Shown here one piece after another: positions 26,538 to 36,475 of a DNA stretch of 64,000 nt. The DNA is from an uncultured Desulfatitalea sp. Its GTDB lineage: Bacteria; Desulfobacterota; Desulfobacteria; Desulfobacterales; Desulfosarcinaceae. Location: assembly GCA_963668675.2 (NCBI GenBank), contig CAXXMB010000001.1:1120001-1184000 (forward strand), read 5' to 3'. Position 1 is the first letter of the stretch, and the number at the start of each line of letters is the position of its first letter. The translations under genes were made by a program, and so were the position numbers. A model generated the notes under the pieces. That model made no database searches. It was not told the origin of the DNA and worked only from the letters and a program-made list of their open reading frames with translations.

Positions 26538-28292
26538 CTAATTCGTCGATGGTTCGCTTTGTGGGAATTCGATTTCAACCCGACGATTTTGCCTTCTGCC
26601 TTCTGCAGTTTCATTTGAAGCTATGGGATTAGAGGAGCCCATTGCAAATATGACAATATTCTCAGCCGACGCCCCCTTGCCGACGAGGTATGATTTGACG
26701 GCGCTGGCGCGAAAACGCGACACAGTCTCATTATAGCCGGCCGATCCGCTCGCATCCGTATATCCTCGAATATAAACCACTTTATTAGTCTGTTGCGCAA
26801 GGTGCGCGGCAATACGATTTAAAATTTCATAGGATTTCGGCTCAATTTCATTGGAATTGAGGGTGAAGTGAATCATGATATTCTCTTTCATGAGCGGCAG
26901 GGGGGCGATCTCCCCCATGCTTTGCCGGCCCTCGATCGATGTGTCATTCACACCTTGCGGGTCTATTGCGGTGTTTTTTGACGCTTTTTGGGATTCGGCC
27001 TTTACGGTTGATTCCATGGTCTGACTTTTAACTGTGCCGCTCTTGGCTATGATGGTTTTCCGACCATCGGATGCGGAGACTCTCTTCTCCTCCATCTCCT
27101 CTTCTATCGACTCCCCACGCTCTATGCGCTGACTCAACCTTGCTTTTTCGTTTTCCAGGCTTGTTTTGTATTTTTGGGGCGTTAAATCCTCAGCATCGTA
27201 TCGCGGGCGCTCTTCGCTGGTAATCTGGGTAATCGCATACCCGCCCACGGCCACCAGCATGATAATGATGCAGGCGTAAAAAAGTTTCCAAAGTGGTGAA
27301 CGGCCATGGACGCCTTCGGCTGGCTTGACATCGGTAGTGCCAGCAGTGCCAGTGCTTCCGATGCTGTCTGTCGACGTCTCCAGAAGCGGCCCTTTTGCGG
27401 CTTCTCCGGCTTGTTTGGATGCAGCATCAGCGATCGATTTGGAATCGGTCCCTTGCACCGTCGCCACAACGCCTTTTATGCCCGACTTGATCGGGATGCG
27501 TAACTCCTGCGCGCACTCCTTGATGATGCCTGCGTCTATGGTGTGGGTGTTTCTGGCATAGCCGGTCAGCAGTGCATGATCGCAAAGGATGTTAATCAGT
27601 CTCGGAATGCCGCCTGAAAACTGGTAGATCTCTTTTATGGCCGATGTATCGAAGAGTTTCCGGGTCGTGCCGGCCACGCTTAACCGGTGTGTTATATATT
27701 GACCCAACTCATCTTGATCCAGAGGCAGTATATGATAGCGCACCGTGATACGCTGGGCGAGTGCTCTGTTCTGCGGAGCCGACAAAATGGTATTGAACTC
27801 CTGCTGGCCCACAAAAAAGATGTTGATCAACTTGCGGTCATGCAGCTCGATATTCGACAGGACCCGAATATCCTCCATCAGCCGATGGTTCAGCCGTTGA
27901 CTCTCATCGATAACCAGCAGCACCTGCTTGTTTTCAGCGTAACTCTGGTGCAAAAAATCACGCAGATGAATCAAAAACGCACCTTTGCTATCAAATGTGC
28001 GGTTCATCTTGAGACCATCTGCGAGGATGTTGTAAAAATCCATGCTCGTGAGATCGGGGTCCGGCAGGGTCGCCACAGCTGTATCCATATCCAGCATGGT
28101 AATCAACCGGTTGATCAACAGTGTCTTACCTGTTCCCACCTCACCGGTAAGCAGTAAAAACCCACGATTGTCGAGGATGCCATAACGAAGGGTGGCCAGG
28201 GCCTCTTTGTGCTTTTCACCAAGCCACAGGAATTTAGGGTCGGCGGTAATCTGAAATGGCTTGGTTTCTATTTTGTAGTGTTCCAGATACAT
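26538..28292 (-). CDS. ExeA/GspA-family AAA ATPase with TM helix and C-terminal OmpA-like peptidoglycan-binding domain
   Basis: PF.ITADP.F, GEVGTGKT, VIDE, GIPRLIN.LCD.AL; OmpA motifs GYTD..G...YN..SR.RA..V..YL and NRRVEI. Confidence 0.9.
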   Translation of the reverse strand: MYLEHYKIETKPFQITADPKFLWLGEKHKEALATLRYGILDNRGFLLLTGEVGTGKTLLINRLITMLDMDTAVATLPDPDLTSMDFYNILADGLKMNRTFDSKGAFLIHLRDFLHQSYAENKQVLLVIDESQRLNHRLMEDIRVLSNIELHDRKLINIFFVGQQEFNTILSAPQNRALAQRITVRYHILPLDQDELGQYITHRLSVAGTTRKLFDTSAIKEIYQFSGGIPRLINILCDHALLTGYARNTHTIDAGIIKECAQELRIPIKSGIKGVVATVQGTDSKSIADAASKQAGEAAKGPLLETSTDSIGSTGTAGTTDVKPAEGVHGRSPLWKLFYACIIIMLVAVGGYAITQITSEERPRYDAEDLTPQKYKTSLENEKARLSQRIERGESIEEEMEEKRVSASDGRKTIIAKSGTVKSQTMESTVKAESQKASKNTAIDPQGVNDTSIEGRQSMGEIAPLPLMKENIMIHFTLNSNEIEPKSYEILNRIAAHLAQQTNKVVYIRGYTDASGSAGYNETVSRFRASAVKSYLVGKGASAENIVIFAMGSSNPIASNETAEGRRQNRRVEIEFPQSEPSTN

Positions 28293-28428
28293 GTCAGGTC
28301 CGTTTGTTTTGTATTGAAGTGGGACTTAAGCGCAACTCTCTGCCTCGTCACTCTATGTTCGGAGTATTCGCAGTGAAGTGACGTCCAATAACCCCGATGT
28401 TTAGCTTGGACATGCGGACAAATGCGCT

Positions 28429-29001
28429 TTAATCGATGTCCGTTTTTTTAAAGATGATGCCGCGGCTGTAGTAGAGATAGAGAATGATCCAAAAAATAAC
28501 AAACAGAACGATGTAGGCCGTCCGTTGCCGAACCAGTTTTTTCTGTTTCTTCTCAATCAAATTAGCCGAATTCTTCAATTCGCGTTTCACCACTTCCAAC
28601 TCATCCATCAGGCTTTTCACATCGGATTTTTCAGTATAGCCCATCATGCGTTTGAGCTGGGTTTCAAAACTTCGCACATTATAGGCGTCGAACAGCATGC
28701 GCTGCTTCTCTGTCAGGCTGGAGAGATCGTGCACCTCCTTGGCCAGCTCAATGGCGTAAAACCTGCGGAATGGGTTCTTGTCCGGGACCTCTCCAAGTTG
28801 GGCCAGGCGCTGGGCAATACCACCTTCCAGTTCCGAGTTGATCTGTGCAATCAACCCATCGCTGTTTTTTATCTCAGTATTGTTTTTCAACAAATCTTCA
28901 CCGGATAAGGATGATATGAAAAAGATGAGCGCAATGGCCGTCAAACAACTGGCCACGATTCGAAAGAGCACGAAAATTTCACGTTTAACCAGAAAGATCA
29001 T
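28429..29001 (-). CDS. hypothetical membrane protein (TM, coiled coil, TM)
   Basis: Hydrophobic ends flanking a helical charged middle; AAGGA RBS. Confidence 0.65.
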   Translation of the reverse strand: MIFLVKREIFVLFRIVASCLTAIALIFFISSLSGEDLLKNNTEIKNSDGLIAQINSELEGGIAQRLAQLGEVPDKNPFRRFYAIELAKEVHDLSSLTEKQRMLFDAYNVRSFETQLKRMMGYTEKSDVKSLMDELEVVKRELKNSANLIEKKQKKLVRQRTAYIVLFVIFWIILYLYYSRGIIFKKTDID

Positions 29002-29257
29002 ATCGTTTTCCTTTATATAAAGCCGCACATCGTTTAAGCGCTAATCGTCGGAACTCCCATCAGCCACAGTTGGTGAATCATCATCGACCACACGACTTCT
29101 AACGGCTAACCTATTTATATTACAGTATGAAATTATTTTATGGTGGTAACCTACTTTATCTGAATTGTCAACATAACCACTGATGCAGCCATAAACCAGC
29201 TCAATTCAACACCCCGGCAAAAATGATATGCGCTTACACGGTTCCCCCAACGGCCGC

Positions 29258-30013
29258 TTATCGCATATGTCGCTCCCTTTTAATCATTTCATAGGCATCT
29301 TGAATCTCTCGAAATTTTTCATGAGCCAACTGATTGAACTCTTCAGGCAGCCCCTTGCTGGCGATCTTGTCCGGGTGATAATCCTGGACGAGTTTTCGAT
29401 AGCGACGCTTAACGACTTCATCACTGTCATCCGGTTGACAACCGAGCACCTCATAGCCGGCACTGCTGAATCCTGCATAGGCGGCTCGCAACTGTCCGTA
29501 ACGCTGCTCACTCAATCCAAATATCCGGACCGCACTTCGAATTAACGCCTCTTCCGAGCTGTTGAGCTCACCATCGGCCACACCGACCCTCAACAGTATG
29601 TCGATCATCATTTCAATGAGTTGTGGCTGACTTTGGAAATGTTGATAAAATTGTATGGCGAAATCATCAAAACTGGCTGGTGATTCCAGTGCCGCTCGAA
29701 AAATATTCAGAGCCACCTGCTTATCCTGGGGGGAGAGGCGCAGGTCACGAACTGCAAACCCTTCAATGGTATCCATTTCTTCATGGCTGACACGCCCGTC
29801 GGCCTGGGTCAATTTTGCCAGCATGGAGAAAGCGCTAACAAAAAAAGCCAGCTGGGACGCATCAATTCTTGAAAAATGGGCGCCCGGGTTCTCTTGCAGG
29901 TCCGTGCTGCTGCTGTCAAAGGCGTGGCCGAAAACCGCACCGGCGATGGCTCCCAAAGGACCTCCCAGTGCAAATCCGATTGTGCCGCCAACAATTTTGC
30001 CGGCAATTCCCAT
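29258..30013 (-). CDS. djlA: DjlA-type co-chaperone (TM + TerB + J domain)
   Basis: GGPLGAIAGAVFGHAFD, ADGRVS, YRKLVQDYHPDK. Confidence 0.88.
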   Translation of the reverse strand: MGIAGKIVGGTIGFALGGPLGAIAGAVFGHAFDSSSTDLQENPGAHFSRIDASQLAFFVSAFSMLAKLTQADGRVSHEEMDTIEGFAVRDLRLSPQDKQVALNIFRAALESPASFDDFAIQFYQHFQSQPQLIEMMIDILLRVGVADGELNSSEEALIRSAVRIFGLSEQRYGQLRAAYAGFSSAGYEVLGCQPDDSDEVVKRRYRKLVQDYHPDKIASKGLPEEFNQLAHEKFREIQDAYEMIKRERHMR

Positions 30014-30168
30014 ATCGATCTCCAGGCTTTCTCCAAGAGTGATGCATTAATCCTCTTTTGTACCATATTTCATTGGCATTGATAAAGCGTTAAGCACTGG
30101 CCAGCTCTGGATTCACTCTATTGGAGACCGAACGAGGCCCAAAGGAGTGATGCCCTACAATTTATTCC

Positions 30169-30197
30169 TTGATAAACATTCAATTCATCGGTATTAT
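30169..30197 (+). promoter_or_regulatory. sigma70-type promoter
   Basis: TTGATA-N17-TATTAT upstream of ORF 30254. Confidence 0.45.
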
Positions 30198-30253
30198 TGA
30201 CAAATTAATTTTAATGCGGCCCACTGCGCCTAACCGGCTTGAAAGGGGAACCA

Positions 30254-31036
30254 ATGTTTACATGGTGGCAAAGTTTGGATTCCGTGGCTGTCTTCAATAG
30301 TTGGATGCAATTGGTAGCCATGATAGGCGCCGCCCTTACGACCATCAGTCTTCTGCTGCTCTGGATCAACGGCAACCGAATGACACGATATCTGATTGAC
30401 CGGGAAAAGAGTGCCAGCAGCAAGATCAAGAACGTTGAAAAAGCAGCCGAACAGATTCGCAAGGAGCTTCTGGCGACTCAACAGAACCAGGATATTGCCG
30501 ACCAGAAAAGACGCCTCGCCGAAATGGACGCCGGCTCGCTGCGAAAAGAGATGGAAAAGATCAGAAGCCGCTACGCGAATGTGGAGGGTGCCTTAAAGGA
30601 TCGAATCAGTGAGCTCAAGGATATGAACATCACCCAAAGCGGCACGACCACACAAAATACCGCAGTCGTTCAGCAATCGGGTTTTATGGATGCCCAACAA
30701 AAAAAGATGCTCAGCAAGCTGCTCAGTTCCGGGCCAAAAGGGGAGCTGGATATTATTTCGGTGTTAGAAGATGCGAGCTCCCATGAAACGGCGATAGAAT
30801 TCAAAGAGATATTTGAAGATCAAGGGTGGTCCACCTCGGAAATCGTGCAGAGCGCTTTCACTCATCCTCCGGAAGGGTTTGTTCTGGTTATACACAGCAA
30901 GCAAACCGCTCCTTCCTATGCCAAATTTCTTCAGCGCACACTGACGACCATCGGGCTTCCCGTATCAGCCCAAGTAAACACAAAGTATCCTGAATGGTCC
31001 ATCTCGCTGATTGTCGGCCAAGTCGATCAGGGATAG
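30254..31036 (+). CDS. hypothetical membrane-anchored coiled-coil protein with C-terminal alpha/beta domain
   Basis: AAGGGG RBS; TM helix, ~90-aa coiled coil, globular C-terminus. Confidence 0.75.
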   Translation: MFTWWQSLDSVAVFNSWMQLVAMIGAALTTISLLLLWINGNRMTRYLIDREKSASSKIKNVEKAAEQIRKELLATQQNQDIADQKRRLAEMDAGSLRKEMEKIRSRYANVEGALKDRISELKDMNITQSGTTTQNTAVVQQSGFMDAQQKKMLSKLLSSGPKGELDIISVLEDASSHETAIEFKEIFEDQGWSTSEIVQSAFTHPPEGFVLVIHSKQTAPSYAKFLQRTLTTIGLPVSAQVNTKYPEWSISLIVGQVDQG

Positions 31037-31139
31037 ATCCTGAGCGAGCAGTTAACATAGCAAGCCACACCAACAGAACACGTCGATAGAATGGAAAAAG
31101 ATACCTTTCATAAAAATCAACGACTGACAAGCGCACAGC

Positions 31140-31155
31140 CGCAAAGCGTGTGCCA
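31140..31155 (-). promoter_or_regulatory. sigma54 -24/-12 consensus match, antisense to the flanking genes
   Basis: TGGCACACGCTTTGCG on the minus strand. Confidence 0.45.
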
Positions 31156-31168
31156 ATGCGGGGGCTGA

Positions 31169-32029
31169 ATGACACGTCCAATTCATACCATAAAGTATAT
31201 GAAAGCCCGGTATCACAAATTTCAATTCATCGCTCTGGCCTGTGCCGTTCTCACCGTCGCTGCAGCGTTTCTGGCCGCGTTGTCGAGCCTCCAATTGGCC
31301 GATCTTAAAAAGGCGGAGGCCCAAAAAAAGCAGGAGGGCAGTTCGGCCTCAAAGCAAGAGGTGCTCAACGCATGGATGGAGAAAGAGATCGACAATCTCA
31401 GGGTGATGCTCACCAAAGCGCAAAGCGAACTTGCCAGTGAGAAGGAAAAGAGTGCGGATCAGCAAAAAAGCATCAGCACGTTAAAAAACCAGTTGTCCGC
31501 TGTTTCAGCCAAAGCCCGCGCATTGGAGAAGGTTGTCTCTAAGCCTGCACCTCCAGCCGCTGCAGCAGGGCAGGCACCCCAACCCCCCGCATCGGCCGCA
31601 CAACCTTCGGCCCCCCAACAGACACAACCAACTGCTCGAACACCAGTCCCGGCACCGGCACCGGCAGCTGAAACAGGGGGAGTGTCCAAAGAACCTGCAA
31701 CCCCTCCGGCCCTGGTGAAACCGCCAACGCCAACACCGCAGGACGCTCCAGCCACGGTAACAACAACGCCCTCGCCCGCTCCTGCCGCTACACCTCAGGC
31801 GGCACCAGCGCAAAAAGCGTTGCCCTCTTCACCTGCCCCCCAACCTCAGGTGCCGCCCCCATCGAGTACAGCACCTGCAGGCAGTCAACCCCCGGCGTCA
31901 ACCTTGCAGGCACCTGCGACGGGTACTCAACCTCAACTCCAAAAAACCGAAGCACAGGCACCGCAAACGGCTGAAGAGCCTCCTAAGGTCATTATTGAAG
32001 AGCCGCTGGACGCTACTAAACAGAAGTAA
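31169..32029 (+). CDS. hypothetical protein: TM/signal, coiled coil, long Pro/Ala/Thr/Gln-rich tail
   Basis: Composition of the translation. Confidence 0.75.
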   Translation: MTRPIHTIKYMKARYHKFQFIALACAVLTVAAAFLAALSSLQLADLKKAEAQKKQEGSSASKQEVLNAWMEKEIDNLRVMLTKAQSELASEKEKSADQQKSISTLKNQLSAVSAKARALEKVVSKPAPPAAAAGQAPQPPASAAQPSAPQQTQPTARTPVPAPAPAAETGGVSKEPATPPALVKPPTPTPQDAPATVTTTPSPAPAATPQAAPAQKALPSSPAPQPQVPPPSSTAPAGSQPPASTLQAPATGTQPQLQKTEAQAPQTAEEPPKVIIEEPLDATKQK

Positions 32030-32054
32030 TTTTGTAGTCTTCCATAACGCATTA

Positions 32055-32080
32055 AGCCTCCCTCTGACCGGAGGGAGGCT
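32055..32080. terminator. hairpin between convergent genes
   Basis: AGCCTCCCTC...GAGGGAGGCT. Confidence 0.6.
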
Positions 32081-32132
32081 CGTAATATCTTCTTTTTTAA
32101 ATTATTTGCTGCGACTGTGGCGTTTTCTTGCT

Positions 32133-33044
32133 TTATCCGCGCCACTCCGTATCGTCCACCGTTGTTTTGAAATCTGGTTCTACGATATCCGGCGCGTCAA
32201 AGGCCATGGCATCGGCAGCTTCTTCCGGCGTCGGTTCTCCTACAAAAATGAGTCGGTTGCGGGGGCATTTATCGCAAGCTTTCATCAGATCGGGCATGCA
32301 TTCTGCCGTATAGTGATCATAATCGATCACCGAAAGGTTATCTTCGATCTTGATCACCTCGGACAAGCGGGAACAGGCTTTACAACCGATACATCCCACC
32401 CGGCAGACGGCCATCACATCTTTGCCTTTATCTTTGTTCGAGCAAGTGATTGCCATAATTTGCTTGGCACGAAAAGGGGTGATGGTGATGATATTGCGCG
32501 GACACACTTTGGCACACGCACCGCAGCCAATACACTTTTCATAATCGACAACAGCCAATCCATCCACGATATGGATCGCATCGTAATTGCAGGCACGGGT
32601 GCAATCGCCAAATCCAAGGCAACCGTAAGTACATCCCTGAATATCGGTCACCAGATTGGCTGCAGCACAGCGTTGTTCACCTTTATATTCCGTTTGGCCA
32701 AGCCTATCCTCCCGATGTGCGCCGCAATGGATAATGGGGCGAAACGGAAGCGCCTCTCCTACTTCAACTCCCATGATTTGTGCGACAGCGGCGGCGCACG
32801 ATTCGCCACCGACCGGACACTTATTGACCGGTGCACCGTCAGCCACAACCGCGACTGCATAGTCGCCACATCCTAAATACCCACAGCCGCCGCAATTGGC
32901 ACCCGGAAGCGCCTCGAGCACAGCCTCAACCCTTGGGTCAACCTCGATGGCAAACTTCTTGTTCGCCCAGCCAAGCACATACGATACGACGAATGCCATT
33001 GCCAGCATGGTTCCGGCGGCAAGACCTATGGTCACTTCAATCAT
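32133..33044 (-). CDS. rnfB: Rnf complex subunit B
   Basis: LPGANCGGCGY.GC, several CxxCxxC ferredoxin motifs. Confidence 0.93.
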   Translation of the reverse strand: MIEVTIGLAAGTMLAMAFVVSYVLGWANKKFAIEVDPRVEAVLEALPGANCGGCGYLGCGDYAVAVVADGAPVNKCPVGGESCAAAVAQIMGVEVGEALPFRPIIHCGAHREDRLGQTEYKGEQRCAAANLVTDIQGCTYGCLGFGDCTRACNYDAIHIVDGLAVVDYEKCIGCGACAKVCPRNIITITPFRAKQIMAITCSNKDKGKDVMAVCRVGCIGCKACSRLSEVIKIEDNLSVIDYDHYTAECMPDLMKACDKCPRNRLIFVGEPTPEEAADAMAFDAPDIVEPDFKTTVDDTEWRG

Positions 33045-33149
33045 GACTACCTCGAACTCCTATCTTCATCCATTGACCAGGAAGGGGTGCCCCTATCCGG
33101 CATGTAACAGAGCGGCAACGGGCAGGATCATTACCCCAATTTGGAAATA

Positions 33150-33962
33150 TCATTTCTCACTTCTGTCGCTGATTAGACTCTTTTTCAACTGAGCAACCAC
33201 ATCTTCTTCTTCACCTTGATACAGTGTAGTGCTCTTCGACTTCTCCACCTGAGCGGCAGGCTCATTGAAAGTCAATGCTTTGCGAAGACCAGAGTTTACG
33301 CCAGTAAACCCCATGAAAGCGAACGCCAGAATGCCACCGATCACCAGTGTAATGGCAGCACCCCTAAATGGTTTAGGAATGTCGCACAGATCGAGCTCCT
33401 CCCGAATCCCAGCCATGATGACGATGGCAAGGGTGAATCCCAGACCACCGAAAAATGCCAGTGACAATGCACGACCTAAATCCCAAGCGTCTGCCGGATT
33501 TTCAACACCGCTTAGATGGCTCATAATAGTCAAACAGGCGAACAGTATGGCGCAGTTGGTCGTTATTAAAGGCAGAAATACGCCAAACGACCTGTAGAGG
33601 GATGGGAAAAACTTGCGCACGTACATCTCAACGAATTGCACTGAGCTCGAAATGACAAAGATATAGATAATGTAACTCAGAATTGTCAAATCGATCTTCT
33701 GTGCAGCCTCCGCAGACATGAAAAAACCAGCGATGAAGGAGGAGATCGGCGCACCTGGAATCAGGATAAGGCTGGTGATGGTCCAACTGACGAAGGCGGC
33801 AATGCTCATGACGAATGTCACCGCACACCCCATGCCGAAGGCCATATCCACATTTCGCGAAACACCGATGAATGGACATATCCCGACAAAATAGTAGAAG
33901 ATAAAGTTATTGATCAGCGCAGCGCCGATGGCGATCAACATCACATCAATTAAGTAACCCAT
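33150..33962 (-). CDS. rnfA: Rnf complex subunit A (long form)
   Basis: [24 protein letters not shown]. Confidence 0.9.
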   Translation of the reverse strand: MGYLIDVMLIAIGAALINNFIFYYFVGICPFIGVSRNVDMAFGMGCAVTFVMSIAAFVSWTITSLILIPGAPISSFIAGFFMSAEAAQKIDLTILSYIIYIFVISSSVQFVEMYVRKFFPSLYRSFGVFLPLITTNCAILFACLTIMSHLSGVENPADAWDLGRALSLAFFGGLGFTLAIVIMAGIREELDLCDIPKPFRGAAITLVIGGILAFAFMGFTGVNSGLRKALTFNEPAAQVEKSKSTTLYQGEEEDVVAQLKKSLISDRSEK

Positions 33963-34016
33963 AGCAAATTCCCGTTTCTTCTCTTAACTTTACCTGCCCG
34001 ATACACTGCTGCCGTT

Positions 34017-34625
34017 CTACTTGGCACCCCTGCTCGAATACCAGTTGACAATCCCCAGGAGCAAACCCAGGGTGATAAATGCGCCCGGAGGAAGGACCAT
34101 TACAGCCCAGTCCGGCCAGCCCAGCGGCAGAACACGAAAACCAAAAAACATTCCCGTTCCCAGTATCTCTCGCACAGCAGCAATGCTGGCCAGTGCGAGA
34201 CCGTACCCAAGCGATTGTCCCACTGCATCTGACATTGCCGTGAAAACGGACTGCTTTGAGGCGCACACCTCGCAGCGGCAGATAATGAGGCAGTTGACGA
34301 TGATCAAAGGAATGTAGGGTCCGAGAGTCTTGCTCATTTGGTACAGGTAGGCTGCCAGCAGCCGATCTGCAATGGTGACGAAAGTGGCGATGGTCAATGT
34401 AAATATGACGATGCGCAGGTGAGGCTTCAGCAGGTTACGGATCAAGCTGGTCACCGTGTTGGCACACAACAGCACGAAGGTGACGGCACCGGCCATGGTA
34501 ATGGCCGCTTGCATGCTGTTGGTCACGGCGAGTGCAGGGCAGAGCCCAAGCAGTTGTCGGTAAACAGGATTCTCAGGCAGAATGCCTTGAATGAATCTCT
34601 CGAGTGCAGTTGGTTGATCAGCCAC
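34017..34625 (-). CDS. rnfE: Rnf complex subunit E
   Basis: ENPV..LLGLCPALAVT, IPLIIVNC, LPPGAF. Confidence 0.92.
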   Translation of the reverse strand: MADQPTALERFIQGILPENPVYRQLLGLCPALAVTNSMQAAITMAGAVTFVLLCANTVTSLIRNLLKPHLRIVIFTLTIATFVTIADRLLAAYLYQMSKTLGPYIPLIIVNCLIICRCEVCASKQSVFTAMSDAVGQSLGYGLALASIAAVREILGTGMFFGFRVLPLGWPDWAVMVLPPGAFITLGLLLGIVNWYSSRGAK

Positions 34626-34629
34626 AGCG

Positions 34630-35307
34630 CTATTCCTTCTTTGCTCGATCGCCCTTGGAGAGCGGTTGCTTCAGGTCGACAATGGTCTTGTTGATGATGT
34701 TGATCACACTGTCCGATGAGATGGTGGCTCCGGTGACTGCATCAATTTCGTTTCTTGCCGAGGCACCGCCCTTTACAACTTTAAGTTGATGTTGCGTCGA
34801 TTTGCGGGCGAATTGATTTCGCCATTTCGGTTCAACGATCTTATTGCCCAAGCCGGGCGTCTCCTTCTGATCGAGTATGAAAAGACCGGTAATGGTCTCG
34901 ATAGAAGGATCCAACCCCAACAGAAGTTCGATTCGATCCGCATATCCCTGGCCAGAAACTTTGGTGACCCAACCAGCCAGCCGGCCGTCGTCATACCTGG
35001 TTTCAAAAACACTGTACATCTTTTTGATTCCGTTCTTTTCAACCGTCACGGACCGCGGAGTGATCTGAAATGTCTGCTTTGCGACTTCCATCTTGGCAGC
35101 AGCTTCTCTGCCGAGAAGTATTTCAGGAACCTTCTCCTTGGTTTCGTTGAGCTTGTTGGCCGAGATAACCGGTCCAAGCGCAGCCTGGACAGCCGCCAAA
35201 GATATCCCAAACACCAGGGCCAGCGAGATGCACAGCCAAGCCTGAAGGATGTAGTTGTTCTGAAAACGGTTCTGTTTTTCAGCTTCTGTATTCGATTTTT
35301 CCGCCAT
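34630..35307 (-). CDS. rnfG: Rnf complex subunit G
   Basis: ETPGLG, DAVTGATISS FMN-attachment motif. Confidence 0.92.
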   Translation of the reverse strand: MAEKSNTEAEKQNRFQNNYILQAWLCISLALVFGISLAAVQAALGPVISANKLNETKEKVPEILLGREAAAKMEVAKQTFQITPRSVTVEKNGIKKMYSVFETRYDDGRLAGWVTKVSGQGYADRIELLLGLDPSIETITGLFILDQKETPGLGNKIVEPKWRNQFARKSTQHQLKVVKGGASARNEIDAVTGATISSDSVINIINKTIVDLKQPLSKGDRAKKE

Positions 35308-35359
35308 ATCTCTGTTTCCTAATGGACTTTCAGTTGATCATTCAACGGATGGTACACGG

Positions 35360-36367
35360 TTAATACTCGCCAAAGGTTCTGGGAATCGTCCAACGGTTGA
35401 TCAAGGGGGTGATGGCATTCATCAGCAATACGGCGAACATAACGCCTTCGGGATAACCGCTGAAAAGGCGCAACAGCATCACCAAAGCGCCGATACCGGC
35501 ACCGAAAATCGCTTTCCCCCTTGGCGTCAGAGGGCTCGAAACGGGATCGGTGGCGATAAAAAAAGCGCCGAAAAGTAATGCACCGCCAAAGAGGTGGTGC
35601 AGTATCAGGCGCCCGCCAAAACCACCCGCCAGGTCCGCCACAGCAGTAATAACCACCACCGTCACAATCATTGCCGAAGGGATCTCCCATGAAGCGGTAC
35701 GCCGGATGCAAAGATAGATGCCGCCAAGCAGGCAGGCCAGGGAACTTGTTTCCCCTAATGATCCATTGGTCAACCCTAAAAACATTGCGGATATGGGGGT
35801 CAATGTACCGGCCTGCTTGAATGCATTCATCGGCGTGGCCTGTGAAATCGCATCCACCAAACCGGTGCTGCTTTCGTAGGCGCCAGCGCCCATGGCTCCG
35901 GCAAAGGAGATCATGACGAAAGCGCGCCCCACCATGGCCGGATTAAAAATGTTCATTCCCAAACCGCCAAAAATAATCTTACCCAAGCCGATGGCTGTTA
36001 CCGATGCAATAACGGAAGCATACCATGGAGCGGTTGCAGGCATTGAGAGTGCCAGGATAATGCCCGTTACCGCTGCTGAGAAATCGCCGAGGGAGATCGA
36101 TTTACCCCGCATGCGAACAAAAAGGAACTCCGCCACCAAACATGTTGAGACGCACAGTCCCAACTGCACCAGTGCATATTGCCCGAAGATGTAAATTGCG
36201 AAGGCAACTGCCGGCGCCAGTGCAATGAGCACATCGAGCATCATTCGTCTTGTAGTGGTGCTGGTATTGCCGATATGGGGTGAAGGGGATACATGAAGAA
36301 CGGGCAAATCGTCCGGCTCACCGTTTATGGTCTTTTGATCAACTGTCTCTTTCATCTTTGTCGCCAA
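35360..36367 (-). CDS. rnfD: Rnf complex subunit D
   Basis: SPH, GGLGMNIFNPAMVGR, SQATP, GSLGETS, ATDPVSSP. Confidence 0.93.
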   Translation of the reverse strand: MATKMKETVDQKTINGEPDDLPVLHVSPSPHIGNTSTTTRRMMLDVLIALAPAVAFAIYIFGQYALVQLGLCVSTCLVAEFLFVRMRGKSISLGDFSAAVTGIILALSMPATAPWYASVIASVTAIGLGKIIFGGLGMNIFNPAMVGRAFVMISFAGAMGAGAYESSTGLVDAISQATPMNAFKQAGTLTPISAMFLGLTNGSLGETSSLACLLGGIYLCIRRTASWEIPSAMIVTVVVITAVADLAGGFGGRLILHHLFGGALLFGAFFIATDPVSSPLTPRGKAIFGAGIGALVMLLRLFSGYPEGVMFAVLLMNAITPLINRWTIPRTFGEY

Positions 36368-36475
36368 TGCTTGAATCCTATAGTGTGCCGATCCATTTCA
36401 GTTTTTGTTAATTGTTTCCCAAACAGGCCGCTATCCTACCACCAGGCCAATTTTCAGCGCGACACAGCCTACGGC

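Noticed and set aside
30074..30089. sigma54-like TGGCATTGATAAAGCG
   Set aside because: The -12 element is weak and a good sigma70 promoter lies closer to the gene
31540..31990. Pro/Ala-rich stretch as a DNA tandem repeat
   Set aside because: Low complexity is at the protein level; no exact nucleotide periodicity was seen
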